Below are positions 30,925 to 40,626 of a DNA stretch of 64,000 nucleotides, one piece after another. Source of the stretch: Dehalococcoides mccartyi (GTDB lineage: Bacteria > Chloroflexota > Dehalococcoidia > GIF9 > DYGU01); assembly GCA_020724525.1 (NCBI GenBank), contig DYGU01000006.1, forward strand, positions 13,210 through 77,209, written 5' to 3'. Both the position numbers and the translations under genes were made by a program. How positions within the stretch are numbered: position 1 is the first letter of the stretch; the number at the start of each line of letters is the position of its first letter. Under the pieces are notes generated by a model. That model saw only the letters and a list, made by a program, of their open reading frames with translations. It made no database searches and was not told the DNA's origin.

Positions 30925-32286
30925 TCATTTGTCTATTTTATTTACAACAAGGTCATGTGTTTTTACCTTGTTATAGAGGGTCATTCGAGTGATGCCTAAT
31001 ATTTTTGCCGCCTGGCTCAGGTTTCCTTTAGTTTGTCTAAGTACACTCAGGATGTGGCTCTTTTCCAATTCTTTGAGGCTCTTGTCACTGCTCACAGGAG
31101 CTAAAGGTAGATTTTGGTAAGCCAGGTCAGCTAAAGTTACCAGGCTATCTTTAGCTAAAATAACAGCTCTTTCAATGGCATTTTCCAATTCTCGGACATT
31201 GCCCGGCCAGTGGTATTTCAGAAGGAATTCTTTAGCTTCGGGGGCAAAGCCAGCTATTTCTTTTTGATTTTCCAGAGAGAACTTTTTTAGAAAGTGCTCC
31301 GCCAGAAGGGGAATATCTTCCCTTCTTTCTCTTAAAGGTGGTAAATCTATAGTTACCACATTCAGCCGATAATAAAGGTCTTCTCGGAATTGACCTTGCG
31401 CCACCGCTTTTTTCAAGTCTTTGTTAGTAGCTGAGATAATACGCACATTTACTTTTATAGGCTCATTGCCACCCACCCGAGTGAATTCTTTTTCCTCAGT
31501 GACTCTCAGTAAATGAACCTGGGTGTTAGGGCTTATGTCTCCTATTTCGTCGAGAAACAAAGTGCCCTTATTAGCATATTCAAACTTACCCTTTTTTTGG
31601 GCAATAGCACCAGTGAAAGAACCTTTTTCGTGCCCAAAAAGCTCACTTCCTAAAAGAGTCTCTGAAAGAGCGGCACAGCTTATGGCAACAAAAGGCTTGT
31701 CCTTGCGGGGACTCAAATTATGGACCGCTCGAGCAATAAGTTCCTTACCACTGCCGCTTTCTCCAGTAATCAAGACAGTAGCGTTGCTCTTAGCTATTAC
31801 CTTCACCATTTCAAAAATTTGTTGCATTCGATTACTTTTGGCGATGATATTTTCAAAACGATAGCGGTCTTCCAGTTTCTGGCGCAAGGAGATATTTTCC
31901 TTTATTAGCTTCTGGTGCTCCACCAATTTTTTGATGACCAATTCTACTCTCTCGGGACAGAAAGGCTTCTCAATATAGTCGTAAGCACCCTCTTTGATAG
32001 CAGCAATAGCTGTAGCTATACTGCCATAAGCGGTAATGATAATTATTGGAATATCAGGTGAGAGTTCCTTTACTCTTTTGGTTAACTCGATTCCGTCCAT
32101 CCCCGGCATTACCAAGTCAGCAATAATAATGTCTGGAGTTTCTCTTTGAGCCAGTTGTAAGGCTTCACTCCCATTAGAAGCCGTGGAGACGCTGTAGCCG
32201 ATGTCTTTCAGCCACTCCCAGAGGGACTCGCGGATACTGGCTTCGTCATCAACGATTAAAATCCTGGCTGTTTCCTTCAATGGCAA
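30925..32286 (-). CDS. Sigma-54-dependent response regulator (NtrC/AtoC family)
   Basis: REC domain, GESGSGKE, GSFTGA, FLDEIG, WPGNVRELEN, Fis HTH. Confidence 0.95.
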   Translation of the reverse strand: MPLKETARILIVDDEASIRESLWEWLKDIGYSVSTASNGSEALQLAQRETPDIIIADLVMPGMDGIELTKRVKELSPDIPIIIITAYGSIATAIAAIKEGAYDYIEKPFCPERVELVIKKLVEHQKLIKENISLRQKLEDRYRFENIIAKSNRMQQIFEMVKVIAKSNATVLITGESGSGKELIARAVHNLSPRKDKPFVAISCAALSETLLGSELFGHEKGSFTGAIAQKKGKFEYANKGTLFLDEIGDISPNTQVHLLRVTEEKEFTRVGGNEPIKVNVRIISATNKDLKKAVAQGQFREDLYYRLNVVTIDLPPLRERREDIPLLAEHFLKKFSLENQKEIAGFAPEAKEFLLKYHWPGNVRELENAIERAVILAKDSLVTLADLAYQNLPLAPVSSDKSLKELEKSHILSVLRQTKGNLSQAAKILGITRMTLYNKVKTHDLVVNKIDK

Positions 32287-34238
32287 GCCTCCAGATAAAC
32301 AGTGAAAGTGGTTCCCTTACCTACCTCGCTATCAACCTTGATTCTACCCTTGTGCCTTTGGATAATGCCATGCACTACTGCCAGCCCCAAGCCAACCCCT
32401 TTCTCCCTCTCTTTGGTAGTGAAAAAAGGAGTGAACAATCGGCGCCTATTTTCTTTAGGGATACCACAGCCAGTGTCGGCTACATCTACTTTAACCCACT
32501 CTTGCTTCTTGCCACCGACTCCCTCTTCAGATATTATCTCTGTCTGCAAGGTTAATCTCCCCCCTTGAGGCATAGCCTGGACAGCATTAAGGATGAGATT
32601 GGTAAAAACCTGACAGAGCTGGTCAAAATCAGCCGTGACCAGACAGCCCTCACCACGGAATTTCTTAACTATTTCCACATTTTGCAATTGAGCTTGATGG
32701 CTGACCAAAGACAAAGCTTGGTCAATAACTTGGTTAGCATCAACTACTTTCAATCTTGGCTCAGACTGTCGGGCAAAATCGAGCAGATTTCGAATTATTC
32801 CGGAACTGCGGCTGACTTCAGCTTCTATTTTTGATAGATAACTCAAGGCTTCTTCTTTAGGTAATCCATCACCACCTAATCTTTTAGACAGGAGTCGGGC
32901 ATAAACTAAAACCCCAGTTAAGGGATTATTTAGTTCGTGAGCAATAGCTGCGGCTAATTGTCCCAGAGAAGTTAATTTTTCCGCCTGAATAAGCTGTTCC
33001 TGAGTTGCCTTTAGGCGCTTGACGACAAAGGGCCAGCACATTTCATTCTCGGCTAAGCCGCGGTAGATAGCAATAGCTTTTTCCCGGCAGGTTTTATAGC
33101 CGCAGGCACCACAGTTGAGTTCATCCTCGGGCTTGGTCTTGTCGGTCAAACTCAAAACACCTCGGATTTCTTCTTCAGTGGGGTAGGGGAGGGAGATATA
33201 GCGATTGGTAAACCGTCGCCTTAAATTTAGATCGCCATATCTTATTAAGTCTTTTTCCGTCTGCTCTGGGTCGGTTTCTTTCAAGGTGTATTCAGTAATA
33301 ATTTGTTTTTTCTTAAAATAATTTAATTCGCTTCTAATTGACGGACCGCTGACACAACCTTCACACATAAAAAGCTCAGCGAAGTTAACTCTAATGTCCC
33401 CTTTGTCAATCTCGTGAATAATTTCCAGCACCCTTTCGGCACCTTCCCCCACTACAGCCTCTTTATCCAAAGGATCGGTGGAAACTCCGATTGCTTTACA
33501 AAATCCACCAGAAATAGCACATAATCGCCCCAAATTTGGTTTGGGACCGAAAAAGGGAGTCTCCCCTAAACTGGCCGGGTCGATAGCTTTTTGGGCAAGA
33601 AGTTCTTCAAGTTCATCAAAGGTTAAAACAGCGTCAATTACACCACCTACCTTCTCATCATCCCGCTCTGCCCTCTTGGCAACACTGGGGGCGATAAAGA
33701 CCACCTTTGTCTCAGGTGGGTAGTATTTCTTAATCAACCTACCCATAGCAATCATGGGGGGCACAATAGGCGCTAAGTTATCAATTAACTGGGGGTAATA
33801 TTTCTCAATATAATAGACTACAGCCGGACATTGAGCGCTAATAATTGGTTTTTGCTTGCTTGTCTTTATTAGTTTTCGGTATTCCTGAATAATGAGGTCA
33901 GCACCAAAGGCTCCTTCTACTACTTGGTTGAACCCCAGTTCTAAGAGAGCAGTTACCAGTTGCCTTGGGCGGATTTCGGGAAAGGCTACCGGGAAGGAAT
34001 AATCAAGGCAAGCGATAGGTGCCGGGGATTTACTCAGTAAAACCCTTGTCGCTCCGATATCGCTTTCTATTTGCTTGGCTTTCTGGCTACAGACTCGGAC
34101 ACAGTTACCACAAGCAATACACCGTTCCTTCATCACTTCAGCCAAGCCCTCTTCCACTTTAATGGCATTAGCTGGACAGCTACGGATACAAGCATAGCAA
34201 CCCTTGCAATTGTCTTTATTAGTGAAGATGACCGCCAT
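32277..34238 (-). CDS. FeFe-hydrogenase-like sensory domain fused to a histidine kinase
   Basis: 2x4Fe-4S N-terminus, ISAQCP / IAPSVAKRAE / ELFMCEGC H-domain-like motifs, NCGACGY..C, AHELNNP HisKA, GLGL HATPase. Confidence 0.88.
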   Translation of the reverse strand: MAVIFTNKDNCKGCYACIRSCPANAIKVEEGLAEVMKERCIACGNCVRVCSQKAKQIESDIGATRVLLSKSPAPIACLDYSFPVAFPEIRPRQLVTALLELGFNQVVEGAFGADLIIQEYRKLIKTSKQKPIISAQCPAVVYYIEKYYPQLIDNLAPIVPPMIAMGRLIKKYYPPETKVVFIAPSVAKRAERDDEKVGGVIDAVLTFDELEELLAQKAIDPASLGETPFFGPKPNLGRLCAISGGFCKAIGVSTDPLDKEAVVGEGAERVLEIIHEIDKGDIRVNFAELFMCEGCVSGPSIRSELNYFKKKQIITEYTLKETDPEQTEKDLIRYGDLNLRRRFTNRYISLPYPTEEEIRGVLSLTDKTKPEDELNCGACGYKTCREKAIAIYRGLAENEMCWPFVVKRLKATQEQLIQAEKLTSLGQLAAAIAHELNNPLTGVLVYARLLSKRLGGDGLPKEEALSYLSKIEAEVSRSSGIIRNLLDFARQSEPRLKVVDANQVIDQALSLVSHQAQLQNVEIVKKFRGEGCLVTADFDQLCQVFTNLILNAVQAMPQGGRLTLQTEIISEEGVGGKKQEWVKVDVADTGCGIPKENRRRLFTPFFTTKEREKGVGLGLAVVHGIIQRHKGRIKVDSEVGKGTTFTVYLEACH

Positions 34239-34266
34239 TTTCGCTAACCTTTCTAAAGTTATTAAA

Positions 34267-34338
34267 GAGAGTGTTTATTTTGTCACCCTCACCTTATTCC
34301 TCTCCCTTCAAGGGAGAGGGTAGGTGAGCGTTTCTCCA
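34267..34338 (-). repeat. Composite MITE-like element, copy E (partial)
   Basis: GAGAGTGTTTATTTTGTCACCCTCACCTTATTCCTCTCCCTTCAAGGGAGAGGGTAGGTGAG is the near reverse complement of copy B. Confidence 0.8.
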
Positions 34339-34345
34339 CTTAAGA

Positions 34346-35443
34346 TTATTTATTTGTCATTGCCAAGAGTCTCCTTTGTCGTGAGGATGGGATTTTTAGC
34401 TCTTTCCTGAGACTGGCTATAGTACGTCGGGACAGATATACGCCAAATTTCCTCTCCAGACTAACCTTTATTTTCTGGTCACTAAGAGGTTTTGCCTCTT
34501 GTTCAAGAATTTGCTTGAGCAACTCCTTTCGGAACTTCTTAGGGTTTGGGAAAAAGTCTTTAAGTGCTCTTTCGCCCCAGGGAGTTTCAAGACTTTTATT
34601 AGCGATAACTCGGCTGATAGTGCTTGGGGTTAAGCCAATTTTGGATGCCAGTTCCTTTTGACTGAAAGGCAACAACGCTTTTGGGTTGCCCGATTCAAAA
34701 AATGGAGTTTGCTTTTCAACAATGTTCTGTATTACCTGGTGTAAACTATTTTTCCGGCTATTTATTAACTCTAACTTTCGTAAGAGCTGCCTTATCTCTT
34801 TGACTTCGGTATTGTTGAAAACTCCGTCGTGGAGTAACTGTTCCAGCTTCATATAATCAACAACAAATTTACCTCGGGCATAAGCTGGGGAGAAGTAAGC
34901 AACAGATAACCCCTCAGTTCCCCTTTCTATTGCGGCAACTTTGGAATAATGTTTTCCTTTGTCTGAGATAGAAGAAGGGTGGTAGAACTCGGTGGCAATG
35001 GAAAATTCGTCAATAAGACTGTTTATTTTAGACACTTCTGAAACTTCCAGCTGACACTGGTGGGCAATTTCCTCAACAGTAATCCCGGGCTCCGGGTATA
35101 AGAAATATTGTTTGAAATTGTCTATACCCAGATTTCTGATTAGACCAACCAGTTCCTCTTTATTGGCGATCAAAGATTCCACATCAACCGAGCTTGGGGC
35201 GGCGACAATTTCCTCTTTAAGTTCATAAAAACGGCGAGAAAGATTGGCTTTTGGGAATCGTTGATAGTGAATTACCTTCTCTTGTTCCCGGAGGCGCTTA
35301 AATAGTGAGCTCTTTTCTACCCCAAAAATTAAATACTGGAACTCCACTTCCGACATTTCCAGCAAATTGGCCTGCTCTATTCGGAGAAAAAGTTTGAGTT
35401 CTTGTCTTGTTTCCAGAGATTGGGTTATGTTTGGATTTACCAC
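34346..35443 (-). CDS. rpoN: Short, atypical RNA polymerase sigma-54 factor
   Basis: Q/L-rich region I, HTH (STISRV.NK.LETPWG..LKDFF), LSDQ, RpoN-box-like SRRTIASLRKELKIPSS. Confidence 0.75.
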   Translation of the reverse strand: MVNPNITQSLETRQELKLFLRIEQANLLEMSEVEFQYLIFGVEKSSLFKRLREQEKVIHYQRFPKANLSRRFYELKEEIVAAPSSVDVESLIANKEELVGLIRNLGIDNFKQYFLYPEPGITVEEIAHQCQLEVSEVSKINSLIDEFSIATEFYHPSSISDKGKHYSKVAAIERGTEGLSVAYFSPAYARGKFVVDYMKLEQLLHDGVFNNTEVKEIRQLLRKLELINSRKNSLHQVIQNIVEKQTPFFESGNPKALLPFSQKELASKIGLTPSTISRVIANKSLETPWGERALKDFFPNPKKFRKELLKQILEQEAKPLSDQKIKVSLERKFGVYLSRRTIASLRKELKIPSSRQRRLLAMTNK

Positions 35444-35514
35444 TGTAAAAATATTTTACTACTCCTGGGCGAATGGGGCAAACTGACGGGGACAGAATTT
35501 TCCCCCGGGCCTCA

Positions 35515-35817
35515 CTATCCCCTCTGCAAGGATCGAGCTATCATCTCCTGACCTTCCTGGAGCCTTGTAAATCCTTCCTTGAGGTGCCTGGCTATTGACT
35601 GTTGCCCCTCACTAATCTCTTTTAGCCCGTCCATAAGCACTTTCTGTCCTTCCCTAATCTCTCTTAGCCCGTCCATAAGCGCTCTTTGCCCGTCAACAAG
35701 CGCTTTTTGCCCGTCCATAAGCAACCTCATATTGCGTCCATTTGCTCTCCAGATATAAGCAAGGATTACACCGAGAAAAGCCAGGGCTGCTCCTATCATT
35801 CCTGTGGCTATTTCCAT
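35515..35817 (-). CDS. Small membrane-anchored coiled-coil protein (paralog 3)
   Basis: TM helix, WRANGR, then LMDGQ/EGQ heptads encoded by 21/42-bp repeats. Confidence 0.75.
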   Translation of the reverse strand: MEIATGMIGAALAFLGVILAYIWRANGRNMRLLMDGQKALVDGQRALMDGLREIREGQKVLMDGLKEISEGQQSIARHLKEGFTRLQEGQEMIARSLQRG

Positions 35818-35855
35818 TTATGGTCTCCTTCTGATTTTTTCAAACTTCTCACCTG

Positions 35856-35884
35856 ATAATATCCCCGTTTCCGATTTTAGTCAA
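35856..35884 (-). promoter_or_regulatory. Sigma-70 promoter of paralog 3
   Basis: TTGACT-17 nt-TATTAT on the minus strand. Confidence 0.6.
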
Positions 35885-36006
35885 GGAAGAATTTGAGATT
35901 GATTATTGCTGCCTGGTCAGTGGGCTCGGTCTCGTTATAACAGCCGGGGAGAGAGAAACATCCGAGTAATCGGTTCGGCAGACCCAGGCGGAAACGATTT
36001 TTATCC

Positions 36007-36408
36007 TTAACCCTTTAAAGGACCAAGGGCTCTCACCTTTTCCGTCATTTCATTTACGACAGAGACAAAGCGGTCACCTTCTGAAGCTGACACCCAGTCC
36101 AATCTCAGTCTTTCCTCTTCAATCCCCATCTGGACTAACATTTTCTTTAGTAATGGTATACGCCGTATAGTCTTATAATTACCTTCGGTATAATGACAAT
36201 CTCCGGGGTGACAACCAAGAGCCAAAACTCCATTAGCACCCAACTAGAAAGCCTTAAGGATAAAGGTAAGCTCCACTCTGCCACTACACATTACTCTTAT
36301 TGTTCTGACATTATGGGCACACTTCATCCTGGCTGTCCCAGCCAGGTCTGCTCCCCGGTAGGAACACCAGTTACACAGGGAACCGATAATCTTAGGTTTA
36401 AAGCTCAT
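36007..36408 (-). pseudogene. mvhD: MvhD/FlpD-like 2Fe-2S subunit with a premature TAG
   Basis: [32 protein letters not shown] at 36244-36246, GCHPGDCHY..GN, WVSASEG. Confidence 0.88.
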
Positions 36409-36430
36409 ACTAATACCCCCCTATTCTAAT

Positions 36431-36796
36431 TCCTAAATCTTTTCAATATATGACCTCAGGTCACCCAGATACCCCTCCATTTCGTCGAAGCTTAAAGTGC
36501 CATCGTAGTAACCTTGTATGTGAAAGACATCTCTGAGAAATAAATAATGCCATCTAAGCTCTCTGTCAGCATATTTGAAAACCAAGTATCTTCTCCCCCT
36601 ATCGCCTGAGGTAGCTGCTCTTCTTTGATTCCCTTCTTAATCAAAAGACTATGAGTAGCTTCTATGGTGGAGAACCAACTTTTGGCACAAGCATCCCTTA
36701 AAAGTGTGCCGTCATTTTTCTGTCTTGCCCTGTCAAACTCCTCAAATGCCTTTTCGTAGAGCCTTCTTGCTTCTTTCAGATGATTTTCTGAACTCA
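36431..36796 (-). pseudogene. Degraded HEPN/PaREP1-like small protein
   Basis: Pieces LKEARRLYEKAFEEF..LRDACAKSW / RGRRYLV..LRDVFHIQGYYDG lie in shifting frames; start lost. Confidence 0.45.
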
Positions 36797-37933
36797 GATT
36801 ATCTCCTTAACATCTTTAATTTCAATAACATCAGCTTTATCCATAGTAAGCACGCTGTCATCAAAATTGAGGATACAGTAAGGGTAGGCTGTGGCTAAAA
36901 CTTCAGCTCCAACATCTATTGCCTGCTCTAACCTTATGTCCGAAAATCTTTCACCTTTTTTGGTTTCCTGCCAGATTCTGCCGCCACCACCACAGCAAAG
37001 GCTATTTTCTCGGCTATCCGGCATTTCCAGAAAATCCAGACCTAGAATGCTCTGTAGCAATTGCCGCGGGGTGTCGTATATATTGTTATGCCGCCCTAAG
37101 TAGCACGGGTCATGATAAGCTACCTTTTTCTTAATTTCCTTCCTAAACTTTAATCTTCCTTCTTCAAGTAGTTGCCTCAGGTACTGAGTGTAATGAAGGG
37201 TCTCAAAATTACTGCCAAGCTTAGGGTATTCATTTTTGAAGGTATGATAGCAATGGGGAAAGCTAACCACGACTGTCTTCATACCTTTTCCCCTAAAAGT
37301 AACGATGTTGCTCCTGGCTAACTTCTCAAAAAGCTCTTCATTCCCAGCTTTCCTAACGCTTTCGCCACAGCAGAGCTCTTCCGAGCCTAAAATACCAAAA
37401 TCTACCTCGGCTTTCTTAAAGATGTTAGCTAAAGAATGAGACATTCTTTTTACCTTAGGGTCATAAGCAGACACACAGCACGAAAAATATAAAAGCTCCT
37501 TATCTGGAGAAAACCTTTCTACACCCAAATCTTTCGCCCAATCGGCTCGCCTTTCGGCGGCTTCTCCCATAGGATTGCCCACAGCAGAGATATTTTCCAT
37601 AGTAAGTCTCAGTGAATCAGGCACATAACCTACCCCAAATCCTACTGGAATTCTACGCACAGCCCTCATGACATCTATTATCTCCACCCCTCGGGGACAC
37701 CGTTCAACACAAGCCCGACAGGTGACACAGAGCCACCAGATTTCGTCTTCAAAGTTAACCAGCCCTAATTATGTCTGACGCACCATCCGGCGAACAATGA
37801 AACTTCTCACCTGATTCCAGGGACAAATCCCACTACAGAGACCACATTGATAACACAGTTTAAAAGCTTCACCACCGGCTTCTTTTATGAAATCCAGAGT
37901 TTCTCGAGATGGGCTTACTGCCTGTACAGCCAT
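36794..37933 (-). pseudogene. HdrD/GlpC-like Fe-S oxidoreductase (4Fe-4S + two CCG domains) with a premature TAA
   Basis: CYQCGLCSGICP, TAA at 37769-37771, CVTCRACVERCP, CCGE, YHDPCYLGR, CCGGG; SFPHC and TAYPYC show lost cysteines. Confidence 0.88.
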
Positions 37934-38100
37934 AATGTTTCTCCTTTTTTAGCCTATTATTTTTCTTCAGACAAACAAAAAAGGTAGTTATTTAGCCAAG
38001 TATTAGCGACATAACTACCGGGAAACAAAAGATAAATTTGAGCCAACATTACGCGGGTATTCTAAAACAGTTTTCAGCCTTTTGACAATGCCTTTTGTAA

Positions 38101-38290
38101 AAGAGTATTTATCAACCCCATTCTGTCATTGCGAGAGGCGTTAGCCCCGAAGCAATCCCAAGAGATTGCCGCGCTTCTTACACCCAGCCGAATCCTAGAT
38201 TCGGCTGGGAACCCGGTGTCGCCACAAAATCATAGATTTTGTGGGGTGTTCTTCGCTCGCAATGACGGGTAAGCATTAGTAAACATCTCT
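38101..38290 (-). mobile_element. Composite MITE-like element, copy F (different cargo)
   Basis: Arm GGGTAAGCATTAGTAAACATCTC matches copy A in reverse; interior GTCATTGCGAG...CTCGCAATGAC with nested hairpins. Confidence 0.7.
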
Positions 38291-38381
38291 CTTGCAATGA
38301 TTTTTTAAAATGTAATCTCCTTTAATAGAGGGAGTAGGGTGAACTTTTATATGATAAAATAGCTGCTATTGATACTTATTC

Positions 38382-40121
38382 GTGGAAACTATGCTCCAAT
38401 TAGGTCAAGCAGTTGATTTAGTCATTATATTAGCCGCGGCTTTGGTGGGAGGAATGATAGCCCACCGACTGAGGCAGCCGGTAATTTTGGGTTACCTATT
38501 TGTCGGAATTGTAGTCGGTCCACACGCTCTTGGTTTGGTAAGTGATTTAGCCCTGATTGAAGTTGCCGCTACTATAGGTGTGGCTTTGCTGATGTTCACT
38601 CTGGGATTAGAGGTCTCTATTGGGCAACTAAGACAGATGGGTGGGGTGGGGTTGTATAGCGGCATAAGTCAGATTTTGGTTACCTTTATCATCGGATTAA
38701 CGGTGGGCAGGGTCTTATTCCACTGGTCTGTGTCTGAAGCTGTTTTGTTTGGTTTGATTATCTCTCTTAGCAGTACTATGGTTTGTCTCAAAATATTGAT
38801 GGAGCGAGGCGAACTTGATTCAGTTCACGGGCGGATTATGATTGCCATTCTTATCCTCCAGGATATCAGTGTAGTTCTTATGATGGTTATTGTTCCTCTT
38901 TTAGGTGGACATTGGGGGAATTTACTATTTGCTTTAGGTATAATTACCGGAAAGGTAATCCTTTTCATCGGCATAGCTATTGTTTCAGGTATCTGGGTAC
39001 TTCCGTGGCTGATGAGCAGAATCGGGGGGGTCCCGTCGCGAGAGTTGTTTTTGCTAATAGTTTTAGTTTTGTGTTTGGGGGCAGCTTTGGGCACTTACAT
39101 TTTTGGGCTCTCTGTAGTTTTTGGTGCCTTTTTGGTCGGTCTGGTTCTTCGGGAGTCAAGATTTGCCCACCAGGCTCTTGCTGAGATTACTCCTTTACGA
39201 GACGTTTTTGCCACTTTGTTTTTTGTTTCTTTGGGCATGCTTCTTAATCCGCAATTTGTGGTTAATAATTGGTTATTAGTAGTCATAACTGTGCTTACTA
39301 TAATTTTCTTAAAGATGGTGGTTGTTTCCGGCACCGTTTGGCTTTTCGGCTATAGCGGAGGGATAGCTCTTTTAGCTGGTGCCGGTCTTTTTCAAATTGG
39401 GGAATTCAGCTTTATCCTGGCACGAGCCGGAGTTGATATGCGCCTTGTTTCTGACCAATTTTATTCTTTAATTCTTGCCACTGCTATTATCACTATGTTG
39501 TTGACTCCTCTATCTGTGAGCCTGGCATCCTGGCTGTCTCCCAAATTAGCTGCGGTTGTTACGGGCAATCTACTGATGAGAAAGCCGGCGACGCCACTGC
39601 CGGCGACCGAAGCACTGGAGACAGGAAACCCAGTAATTATTGCTGGCTATGGGAGAATCGGGCAAAATATTGCCCGGGGTCTTGAGGATGTTGGCATCCC
39701 TTACACTATCATTGAAATTGACCCTGAGCTTATTTTCGAGCTCAGGTGCCAAAGGAAAGCCTGTATCTACGGGGATGCCAGCAATCTCCGTGTACTTTCC
39801 CAGGTTAATTTAACTAAAGCTCAAATACTAGTGGTAACCTTTCCTGACCCTTTAGCGGTGGTAACTACAGTCCAGAATGCTTTAAGGATTAACCCTAAGC
39901 TTAAAATCATAGCCCGAGTCCATAGAACGAGAGAAGCTAATTTGCTCCAAAATTTGGGCGTTGTGGAGTTAATAAATCTGGAGTATGAAGCCAGTTTTGA
40001 GTTCATCAGGCGAGTTTTCTCTATTTCTGGCTGGGAAGAAACTGATGTAGAAAGAACTTTGGCTGGTTTGCGCCAGGATAAGGAGATTATTGAATTTAGT
40101 CGGGATGATGAGGAGGAATAA
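38382..40121 (+). CDS. CPA2 cation:proton antiporter with TrkA-N domain (Kef-like)
   Basis: LMFTLGLE, SLSST, ILQD, FFVSLGM, QIGEFSF; GYGRIG and YGDA KTN domain. Confidence 0.92.
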   Translation: METMLQLGQAVDLVIILAAALVGGMIAHRLRQPVILGYLFVGIVVGPHALGLVSDLALIEVAATIGVALLMFTLGLEVSIGQLRQMGGVGLYSGISQILVTFIIGLTVGRVLFHWSVSEAVLFGLIISLSSTMVCLKILMERGELDSVHGRIMIAILILQDISVVLMMVIVPLLGGHWGNLLFALGIITGKVILFIGIAIVSGIWVLPWLMSRIGGVPSRELFLLIVLVLCLGAALGTYIFGLSVVFGAFLVGLVLRESRFAHQALAEITPLRDVFATLFFVSLGMLLNPQFVVNNWLLVVITVLTIIFLKMVVVSGTVWLFGYSGGIALLAGAGLFQIGEFSFILARAGVDMRLVSDQFYSLILATAIITMLLTPLSVSLASWLSPKLAAVVTGNLLMRKPATPLPATEALETGNPVIIAGYGRIGQNIARGLEDVGIPYTIIEIDPELIFELRCQRKACIYGDASNLRVLSQVNLTKAQILVVTFPDPLAVVTTVQNALRINPKLKIIARVHRTREANLLQNLGVVELINLEYEASFEFIRRVFSISGWEETDVERTLAGLRQDKEIIEFSRDDEEE

Positions 40122-40242
40122 GGGGCTGTTACCAAAGGCTGGTCTGGGACGCTTTTCGTAGTTTAACCAGGGTAATCGGAAGACAGGATAAGGAATAAAC
40201 CGAAAATTATAATAATACTACCGGCTATTTTGGGCAGCAAGT

Positions 40243-40572
40243 TTATCTAACCAGAACAGAGTCGATGAGTTTCTTAAGCTCGGTCTTTGGTCTGTAACCA
40301 ACCACCTGTTTTGCAGGTTTACCATTATTAAAGATAATGAGAGTTGGTATACTCATAACACCGTAGCTTGAGGCTAAAAAGGGATTTTCATCTACATTTA
40401 CTTTAGTAAAACTGACTTTGCCCTCATACTCATCAGCTAATTCGGCGACTACGGGGGCGACAGCACGGCAGGGTCCACACCAGGGTGCCCAGAAATCTAC
40501 CAGGACTGGTTGTTTGGCTTTAAGCACCTTTTCTTGAAAATTACTCTGGTCAACAGTTGCTGGTTCAGCCAT
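40243..40572 (-). CDS. trxA: Thioredoxin
   Basis: VDFWAPWCGPC, SIPTL. Confidence 0.97.
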   Translation of the reverse strand: MAEPATVDQSNFQEKVLKAKQPVLVDFWAPWCGPCRAVAPVVAELADEYEGKVSFTKVNVDENPFLASSYGVMSIPTLIIFNNGKPAKQVVGYRPKTELKKLIDSVLVR

Positions 40573-40626
40573 TTTTCTCCTTTACCAGGCATTATTGATT
40601 AAGCAGTTATATTTTACCAAGATAGT

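Noticed and set aside
35905..35992. Long imperfect hairpin downstream of mvhD as tRNA, 6S RNA or SECIS
   Set aside because: No cloverleaf or recognisable family motif and no UGA to recode; cannot be supported without an Rfam search.
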